The translations under genes were made by a program, and so were the position numbers. Shown one piece after another: positions 19,688-25,864 of a stretch of 25,864 bases of DNA (the stretch's first letter is position 1; each line of letters opens with the position of its first letter). The notes below the pieces were generated by a model. It ran no database searches, had not been told where the DNA came from, and saw only the letters and a list, made by a program, of their open reading frames with translations. Source of the stretch: a bacterium (GTDB lineage: Bacteria > Oederibacteriota > PGYV01 > Palsa-1178); NCBI GenBank assembly GCA_037138355.1, contig JBAXIL010000024.1, positions 1-25,864 on the forward strand. The letters are read 5' to 3'.

Positions 19688-20563
19688 TTAGTAAATAACC
19701 TTATTTAAAGGATACTCGATTATGTCAACTGCTCCATTTTCTTTAAGCTGTGGCAATAGCTCGCGTACCTTTTTTTCATCAATCACAACTTCTATGGCCA
19801 TCCAAGTTTTTTCTTCACCCAGAAGATATGACACTGTAGGTTTTTTGAGTGCTGGCAATATCTTTAATATGGCTTTCAAATTTTTCTTATGTAGATTTAA
19901 TTTAAGCCCAACTTTTTCTTCGGCATTTAAAGCACCTTTTAATAAAAGCATTATGTTGCTAAGCTTTTGGGCTTTCCATTTATCTTTTAGAGATTTTTCA
20001 TTTGCTATCATAACTGTTGTGGACTCAAGCAAAGTTTCTACAATGCGCAATTTGTTTGCACGCAAAGACGAACCTGTCTCAGTTAGCTCCACAATAGCAT
20101 CAGCTAAATGTGGTGGCTTTGCTTCTGTGGCACCCCAAGAAAAACCTACATCTGCAGTCACACCATGTGCTTTGAGATAATTTTTTGTAGTATTTACAAG
20201 TTCGGTAGATATTCTTTTACCTTGTAAATCTTTTACTGTTTTTATTTTTGAATCTTCTGGTACGGCAATAACCCAACGGACTGGACGCAAGCCAACTTTT
20301 CCATAAACTAACCTATCTACTATAGTTACCTTTTCTCCACTTTCTACCATCCAGTCATAACCTGTTAGCCCAGCATCAAATACACCTTCTGCTACATAGC
20401 GCGCCATTTCCTGCGCACGAACAAGCGTAATTGCTATTTCTGGATCATCAATTCCTGGATAGTAGCTTCTGGAAGAAGAATTAATGTTAAAACCTGCTTT
20501 TTTAAAAATGTTAAATGTTGATTCCTGAAGACTACCTTTTGGCAAACCTAATTTTAATATCAT
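19688..20563 (-). CDS. hisG: ATP phosphoribosyltransferase, long form
   Basis: [46 protein letters not shown]-terminal regulatory domain (PTVS...GAVDIIEYP). Confidence 0.97.
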   Translation of the reverse strand: MILKLGLPKGSLQESTFNIFKKAGFNINSSSRSYYPGIDDPEIAITLVRAQEMARYVAEGVFDAGLTGYDWMVESGEKVTIVDRLVYGKVGLRPVRWVIAVPEDSKIKTVKDLQGKRISTELVNTTKNYLKAHGVTADVGFSWGATEAKPPHLADAIVELTETGSSLRANKLRIVETLLESTTVMIANEKSLKDKWKAQKLSNIMLLLKGALNAEEKVGLKLNLHKKNLKAILKILPALKKPTVSYLLGEEKTWMAIEVVIDEKKVRELLPQLKENGAVDIIEYPLNKVIY

Positions 20564-20591
20564 TAAAGCCTCCTGTTTTGAAGTATTTTAA

Positions 20592-20620
20592 ATAATATCA
20601 TAAATATAGCGTCTAAGCAA
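20592..20620 (-). promoter_or_regulatory. Putative sigma70 promoter for the hisG gene run
   Basis: TTGCTT, 17-nt spacer ending TGA, TATTAT (extended -10). Confidence 0.45.
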
Positions 20621-20675
20621 TACCATAAACAACAATACACCAAGCTCGTTTTCTAAGTTTATATTCAAAATAAAC

Positions 20676-20704
20676 TTGTCATTTTCTTTCATATAATCTA
20701 TAAT
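20676..20704 (+). promoter_or_regulatory. Putative sigma70 promoter for DUF502
   Basis: TTGTCA (20676-20681), 17 nt, TATAAT (20699-20704), then RBS AAGGAGG before ATG 20729. Confidence 0.7.
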
Positions 20705-20728
20705 CGTGTTAGAAATTAAGGAGGGATT

Positions 20729-21388
20729 ATGACAAAAAAAACAATATTCAGTGCTTCAGCATCAGCAGGAAGACATTTTATAGCAGGTTTAATGATACTT
20801 CTGCCTCTTGTTCTTTCTTTTTGGATTTTGAGATTTTTACTTAGCAAGCTTGATTCTATTTTAGGCCCTTTATTTACCAAATATATCGGTTTTTCTATTC
20901 CAGGTCTGGGACTTATTTCTCTTATCGTAATTATTTGGTTCACAGGTGTACTTACCACCAACTTTATTGGTAAAGAGTTTGTCAGATTATATGAATCCCT
21001 TATTTCCAAAGTACCTATATTAAATACCCTCTTTTCAGGAATTAAGCAGATATCTGATTCTCTATTTTCTACTACAAAAAAATCATTTTCAAAAGTCGTT
21101 CTGGTGGACATTCCTCGTTCTGGCATTTTGCTCATAGGTTTTTTGACATCAGACCAAGTTGTTGCCTTGAATAATAATAAATCAAAAAAAGAAGTTTACC
21201 ATGTTTTCATTCCCACAACCCCAAATCCAACTTCAGGTTTTATTATTCTCGTCGAAGCCAAATTTATTAAACCTGTTGATGTCTCCGTAGAAGATGGATT
21301 CAAATCAGTAATCTCACTTGGGGTATTTCATCCGAGCGTTTATAAAGTAAATAGTTCTATGATAAAATTAAAAGGAGTTAAATCATGA
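20729..21388 (+). CDS. DUF502 (COV1-like) membrane protein
   Basis: FIAGLMILLPL, IPGLGLI, KVPILNTLFSGIKQI, FSKVVLV, VFIPTTPNPTSGF, VISLG. Confidence 0.93.
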   Translation: MTKKTIFSASASAGRHFIAGLMILLPLVLSFWILRFLLSKLDSILGPLFTKYIGFSIPGLGLISLIVIIWFTGVLTTNFIGKEFVRLYESLISKVPILNTLFSGIKQISDSLFSTTKKSFSKVVLVDIPRSGILLIGFLTSDQVVALNNNKSKKEVYHVFIPTTPNPTSGFIILVEAKFIKPVDVSVEDGFKSVISLGVFHPSVYKVNSSMIKLKGVKS

Positions 21389-21702
21389 CAGCAGAACGCT
21401 ATTTGAGCTTAACTAAAAATATTTATTATGACACAAAAGAAAAGGTTATCGTACAACATTTGGGCAAAAGATATGTTTTCTTACGGCACGACAGGCGTTC
21501 TAAAGCCACCACAATAGCAGAAGGCAAAAGAACTGAAGATATAATAACTAAAGGATTACTTAAAGTACAAGGTACCTTATATTTTGATGCTCGCACAAAA
21601 AAGTTGTATAAAAAAACCAGCAATAAAATGGTTTTATTTACCAAAGACCGCAGAAAAATATCAACAAAGACTATAATAGATAGACGCAAAAAAGTTTTAT
21701 AA
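21385..21702 (+). CDS. Small, very basic hypothetical protein made of two ~52-aa repeats
   Basis: ATGA overlap with the DUF502 stop, AAGGAG RBS; internal duplication IYYD...DRR / LYFD...DRR. Confidence 0.75.
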   Translation: MTAERYLSLTKNIYYDTKEKVIVQHLGKRYVFLRHDRRSKATTIAEGKRTEDIITKGLLKVQGTLYFDARTKKLYKKTSNKMVLFTKDRRKISTKTIIDRRKKVL

Positions 21703-21752
21703 TCTAATACTCACTCTATCAAAATGCTGTTCTGTATAGTTCAAACTACTTA

Positions 21753-23132
21753 TTAGCTATTTCCAAACTTCGGCAAGCTTCTTAAGCCCTGTTCTATGGC
21801 TGTTGCCTGAAGTGGTACATCTGTTAACTTGCCAGCAAGAAAATCATCATACGCAGCCAAATCAAAGTTACCATGTCCGCTTAGGTTAAATAAGATAGTT
21901 CTCTTTTCACCTTTTCTTTTGGCATCCAAAGCTTCTTCTATCGCACCCTTAATCGCATGTGAACTCTCTGGTGCAGGAATTATACCTTCTGTTTTTGCAA
22001 ACTGAAGTGCCGCAGTAAAACAAGGATTCTGGTCATACGCGATTGCCTCAATTACTTTTTCCTTTAAGAGAGCAGAGACCAAAGGTGATGCGCCGTGATA
22101 CCGAAGTCCGCCTGAATGTATGCCTGCAGGCACAAACTTATGCCCGAGCGTGTACATTGCCACGAGTGGTGTCATTTCGCCTGTATCACCAAAGTCATAA
22201 GCAAATTGACCTTTTGTGAGCGTTGGGCAAGCAGATGGCTCCACTGCCACAAACCTGGTATTTTTATGCTGCCCTTTTAATTTATCCTGAATGAAAGGAA
22301 ATGCTATTCCGGCAAAATTGGATCCGCCACCATGACAAGCTAAAACTACATCAGGATAATCTCCTGCAAGTTCCATTTGTTTTTTTGCTTCAAGCCCAAT
22401 TATTGTCTGGTGAAGCATTACATGGTTTAACACAGAACCTAAAGCGTATTTTGTATCAGGATTTTTTGCCGCTATTTCTACTGCTTCTGATATGGCTATA
22501 CCCAAAGAACCCTGAGAGTTTGGATTTTCAGCAAGAATTCTTTTTCCTACATCTGTATAGCTTGTAGGAGACGGATGAACTTTCGCGCCCCATGTCTGCA
22601 TCATCATTTTTCTATATGGCTTTTGTTCATAAGATATCTTAACCATAAATACTTCTATATCAATACCAAAAAGACTTCCAGCAAAAGCAAGCGAAGAACC
22701 CCACTGCCCAGCACCTGTTTCTGTTGCTATCTTTTTAATACCTTCTTGTTTATTATAATATGCCTGAGGTATAGCTGTATTTGGTTTGTGACTTCCAGCT
22801 GGTGACACACCTTCATATTTATAATAAATTTTAGCAGGTGTATCAAGTGCCTTTTCAAGATTGTATGCTCTATACAAAGGAGCTGGTCTCCAAAGCTTAT
22901 ATATGTCTATTACTTCTCCAGGAATATCTATCCAGCGTTTTGCTGACATTTCCTGTTCTATTAAAGCCATTGGGAAAAGTGGTGCTAAATCATCAGCCGA
23001 AAGTGGTTTCCCTGTTCCAGGATGAAGCGGAGGTGACAATGGTTTTGGAAGGTCTGCTGCAATGTTGTACCATGCTGAAGGTATATCTTTTTCCTGAAGT
23101 ACATACTTTACTTGTTTTTTTCTAATAAACAT
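21753..23132 (-). CDS. trpB: Tryptophan synthase beta chain-like PLP enzyme, TrpB2 type
   Basis: IPSAWYN, YKYEGVSPAGSHKPNTA (PLP Lys), TETGAGQWG, GSVLNHV, GGGSNFAG, HSGGLRYHG, PAPESSHA, NLSGHG. Confidence 0.96.
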   Translation of the reverse strand: MFIRKKQVKYVLQEKDIPSAWYNIAADLPKPLSPPLHPGTGKPLSADDLAPLFPMALIEQEMSAKRWIDIPGEVIDIYKLWRPAPLYRAYNLEKALDTPAKIYYKYEGVSPAGSHKPNTAIPQAYYNKQEGIKKIATETGAGQWGSSLAFAGSLFGIDIEVFMVKISYEQKPYRKMMMQTWGAKVHPSPTSYTDVGKRILAENPNSQGSLGIAISEAVEIAAKNPDTKYALGSVLNHVMLHQTIIGLEAKKQMELAGDYPDVVLACHGGGSNFAGIAFPFIQDKLKGQHKNTRFVAVEPSACPTLTKGQFAYDFGDTGEMTPLVAMYTLGHKFVPAGIHSGGLRYHGASPLVSALLKEKVIEAIAYDQNPCFTAALQFAKTEGIIPAPESSHAIKGAIEEALDAKRKGEKRTILFNLSGHGNFDLAAYDDFLAGKLTDVPLQATAIEQGLRSLPKFGNS

Positions 23133-23264
23133 GTTTTCCTCCTAAATAGTTAAATTCATTTTTTACATGAAAATAATATATCACGACTGATTTAATTCGT
23201 CTATAAGTAAAAACAACAAAAACGGTGGTCTTTAAACCGCCTTAACTTCGCTACCTATTTCATA

Positions 23265-23292
23265 TTGACAAATACCTTCAATTCCATATAAT
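23265..23292 (+). promoter_or_regulatory. Consensus sigma70 promoter of tRNA-Leu
   Basis: Exact TTGACA (23265-23270), 16 nt, exact TATAAT (23287-23292), 22 nt before the tRNA. Confidence 0.85.
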
Positions 23293-23314
23293 AGTAGCGT
23301 AACAAGGGCCTTTG

Positions 23315-23400
23315 GCCGGAGTGGTGAAATGGCAGACACAGTGGACTCAAAATCCACCGCAGGCAACTGCATACCGGTTCAAGTCCGGTCTCCGGCACCA
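23315..23400 (+). tRNA. tRNA-Leu (anticodon CAA)
   Basis: Acceptor GCCGGAG/CTCCGGC + A + CCA; anticodon arm GTGGA-CT-CAA-AA-TCCAC; long variable arm GCAG-GCAA-CTGC; T-arm ACCGG-TTCAAGT-CCGGT. Confidence 0.98.
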
Positions 23401-23455
23401 ATAAATAGACCTGAAGTTTTTTTAGTCGGATATTAAATATATAATGGGAGATGAC

Positions 23456-23836
23456 ATGAAAAGAGAATTGAGAGAATACAGAAAACATCCCAGATATACC
23501 AAAATTATTGCCATGGAATGCAAAATTGAAGAGTTCCCAGAAGACATTTCAGGAGAAAAAGCCAGATTAAAAAAGGGCAATAATTTTAGAGCCACCACTA
23601 TAAATGTAAGCGAAGCAGGCATCTTAATTAATTACGATTTTATCGTGCCAGAACGCACTCTCTTGAAGATTTCAATTAACGATAAAGCTTTGAGTCCAAA
23701 GAAAATAATTTTTTTAGCAAGAGTTACCTGGACAAAAAGAAATGCTTATAAAATTTTCGGCCGTTTCGCAGCAGGACTTCACCTTGAGAAAGTAAACAAG
23801 GTCGACTTAGCGAGGCTAATCGAGCACTTCAGTTGA
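23456..23836 (+). CDS. Stand-alone PilZ domain protein (putative c-di-GMP receptor)
   Basis: RxxxR (RKHPR) and NxSxxG (NVSEAG) motifs, ARVTW...AGLHL. ATG 23456 has GGAG 5 nt upstream; alternative start 23444. Confidence 0.88.
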   Translation: MKRELREYRKHPRYTKIIAMECKIEEFPEDISGEKARLKKGNNFRATTINVSEAGILINYDFIVPERTLLKISINDKALSPKKIIFLARVTWTKRNAYKIFGRFAAGLHLEKVNKVDLARLIEHFS

Positions 23837-23842
23837 TTTTAA

Positions 23843-25864
23843 ATGCGACGCATTAGAATATCCTCTTACTTAATTCCTATTTTTTCCTTACTTGTTATAC
23901 TATATTTTTATTTAGCAACTATGCCTGCCTCTGTTTTTTATGGTGATGATGGCGAGACAATAAGCACGCTTTATACGCTCGGTATTCAACACCCTCCTGG
24001 CTACCCTCTACACACTCTCCTTGGCAAGCTTTTCACTTTCCTGCCACTTGGAGAACTCTCTTTTAGGGTTTATCTTTTCTCCGCTTTTTTATCCCTAATT
24101 AATTTCCTGCTGGTATATTTCTTTTTTCTTAGAGCTTCTATTCTTACTGGCATAAAAACGCACATACAACTTATGTCCGCAATAACAGGACTTATTTTTT
24201 CTCTTGGTTTCACTATATGGGAACAATCCGTGATTGCCAAAGGCGGAATATATAGCTTCAACATACTCTTCACTTTGCTCTTAACTCATATTATTCTTAC
24301 CATATATATTAGCCCAAACCAAAAGACAAAATATCTTTATTTGTTTTCACTTGTTTATGCCTTGAGCCTTACCCACCATCATATGTCACAGGAAATACTG
24401 CTCCCACTTTATATATTTTTTCTTTTCAAAGCAGGTGCATTTAAAAACTTAAGTTTAATAAATATTCTATTTTCATTAATGTTCTTTTTTTGCGGTATAT
24501 TTGTTTACTTTTACCTTCCCGTAAGAGCGGATGTAGCTTCCTTAAATTGGGGACAACCATCAACTTTTGATAATTTTATAAAGGTGATAACTCGTTGGCA
24601 GTATCTTCGCTCGGAGCTCACTCGCTCTTTTGCAGGCTCGCTTCAACAGATTTGGAAGTTCATTACTTCAATCTCTTTTGAATATGCGCTAATAGGTGTG
24701 TTTTTTCTAATTCCTGGTATGACGGCTATATACAAACGCGAAAAAAACATCTTTATTTATTTGACTGGTATTATCGTATTTTTTCTTATCATAACTACCG
24801 TTTACTTGAATCTTGCAAAGGACCGCCTTTTCATTATGGAAACCTACATTACACCAGTATATTTCGCTTTATCAATTTTCATAAGTACTGGTATTTACCA
24901 TACTTGCCTTTGGCTTAAAGACCGCTTTAAAATCAATCCTTCTATTTTTATTTTACTTTTTTCTTCTGTGCTTATTTGTGCCCAGCTTTTTTATGCAAGA
25001 CCAAAACTCGACAAAAGCAATTATTTTATGGCATACGACTACAATGTTAATATGTTTAATTCTTTGGAAACCAACTCCATGCTGTTTGCCACAGGTGATG
25101 GAATAGTTTTCCCATCATGGTATTTAAAATATGCAAAAAAATATAGAACTGATATTACTATTATTGGCTCTGCCGTACTCCCTATGAGATGGGTCCGCGA
25201 TTCCATAACAAGACAAAATCCGACAATTTTTGTGCCGCAAATAAGTTCTGAGAAAATCGGTACCGAATCAATCGGCTACATAATAAACACTTTGATTAAA
25301 AAGAATTTCTCCACTTTTCCAATTTACTTTTCCTACAATAAACCTGAAGATAATGCTCTTGGTTCTGAATTAAAGCTCGTACCTCGCGGAATTGTTCAAA
25401 AGGCCTTACCAGTAGGCTACTCTGTTGCCTCTCCTCAGTATATTAAAATGCAGGAAAATGTATGGAAGTTCTATAATTTGCGTGGTATTTTCGACAGACA
25501 CGCAATGTTTTTAGACGAGAGAGCGGTAAAACTTTATATCAATGATTATTCAGTATCTCTTAACTCTGCTGGCACTTTTTTCGAAGACCAAAACATGAAT
25601 ACTCTATCCCTAAAGTATTTTACCCTCGCGCATTATTTCGACCCAAGCAACCATGAATATTTATATAATATGGGAAATGCAAATTATAATTTAAATGACA
25701 TAAAAAACGCAATCACTTTATATAAACAGTGTCTGGCAATCAATCCTGATTATGAAAATGGTTGGTTTAATTTGGGAGTAGCAAATTATAAAATAAATAA
25801 TTATAAAGAGGCACTTGAAGCATTTAGGAAAGTTAAAAAAATCAACCCAGAAAGGGTTGATATG
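23843..25864 (+). CDS. DUF2723/TMEM260-like (GT117, GT-C) membrane glycosyltransferase with C-terminal TPRs, runs off the window
   Basis: Not in the ORF track. Frame from ATG 23843 appears open to the window end: VFYGDDGE, LGIQHPPGYPLHTLLGKLF, LSLTHH, YLPVRA..LNWGQP, GDGIVFPSWY..YRTDI; many TM helices; TPRs (YLYNMGNANY...CLAINPDYENGWFNLGVANY). Confidence 0.88.
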   Translation, partial: MRRIRISSYLIPIFSLLVILYFYLATMPASVFYGDDGETISTLYTLGIQHPPGYPLHTLLGKLFTFLPLGELSFRVYLFSAFLSLINFLLVYFFFLRASILTGIKTHIQLMSAITGLIFSLGFTIWEQSVIAKGGIYSFNILFTLLLTHIILTIYISPNQKTKYLYLFSLVYALSLTHHHMSQEILLPLYIFFLFKAGAFKNLSLINILFSLMFFFCGIFVYFYLPVRADVASLNWGQPSTFDNFIKVITRWQYLRSELTRSFAGSLQQIWKFITSISFEYALIGVFFLIPGMTAIYKREKNIFIYLTGIIVFFLIITTVYLNLAKDRLFIMETYITPVYFALSIFISTGIYHTCLWLKDRFKINPSIFILLFSSVLICAQLFYARPKLDKSNYFMAYDYNVNMFNSLETNSMLFATGDGIVFPSWYLKYAKKYRTDITIIGSAVLPMRWVRDSITRQNPTIFVPQISSEKIGTESIGYIINTLIKKNFSTFPIYFSYNKPEDNALGSELKLVPRGIVQKALPVGYSVASPQYIKMQENVWKFYNLRGIFDRHAMFLDERAVKLYINDYSVSLNSAGTFFEDQNMNTLSLKYFTLAHYFDPSNHEYLYNMGNANYNLNDIKNAITLYKQCLAINPDYENGWFNLGVANYKINNYKEALEAFRKVKKINPERVDM

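Noticed and set aside
19722..21689. Antisense ORFs over hisG, DUF502 and the small repeat protein (19722-20180, 20716-21135, 21426-21689)
   Set aside because: Shadows of better-supported genes on the opposite strand.
23133..23260. Trp attenuator or T-box upstream of trpB2; small hairpin GGTGGT-CTTTAA-ACCGCC at 23224-23241
   Set aside because: No Trp-codon leader peptide or T-box motif seen; the 6-bp stem has a mismatch on the trpB2 strand, too weak to call.
23255..23622. Minus-strand ORFs across the tRNA and the PilZ start
   Set aside because: VPETGLEPV is the typical antisense translation of a tRNA 3' end; not coding.
23360..25864. tRNA-Leu 3' end as an attachment site of an integrated island
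   Set aside because: No integrase follows and I found no duplicate of the tRNA 3' end in the window; sequence beyond the window cannot be excluded.

Overview
AT-rich chromosomal housekeeping region of a bacterium, probably diderm (it has SurA-like proteins and an Omp85-like barrel); the lineage cannot be established from this sequence. I see no mobile element, CRISPR array or rRNA. Left to right on the minus strand: a partial CE4 polysaccharide deacetylase; a complete F1Fo ATP synthase operon (transcribed DUF151-atpZ/Q-atpI-atpB-E-F-H-A-G-D-C, with a promoter and terminator); argJ and argC; three tandem SurA/PrsA-type foldases; and a mixed gene run transcribed hisG, membrane hypothetical, DUF1015, rarA, Omp85-like barrel, short RNB exoribonuclease. 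Next come a divergent DUF502 gene with a small basic two-repeat protein (+), a stand-alone TrpB2 (-), tRNA-Leu(CAA), a PilZ protein and a partial DUF2723/TMEM260-like glycosyltransferase with TPRs (+). The most unusual features are in the ATP synthase. Its delta subunit ends in a histone-H1-like Lys-rich tail. Subunit a carries the Lys/Gly pair known from alkaliphilic Bacillus plus a loop insertion. Subunit c has a signal-peptide-like extension and a near-complete Na+-site signature. A DUF151 nuclease-family gene and a leader hairpin head the operon. All family calls are from motif recognition by eye; no searches were run.
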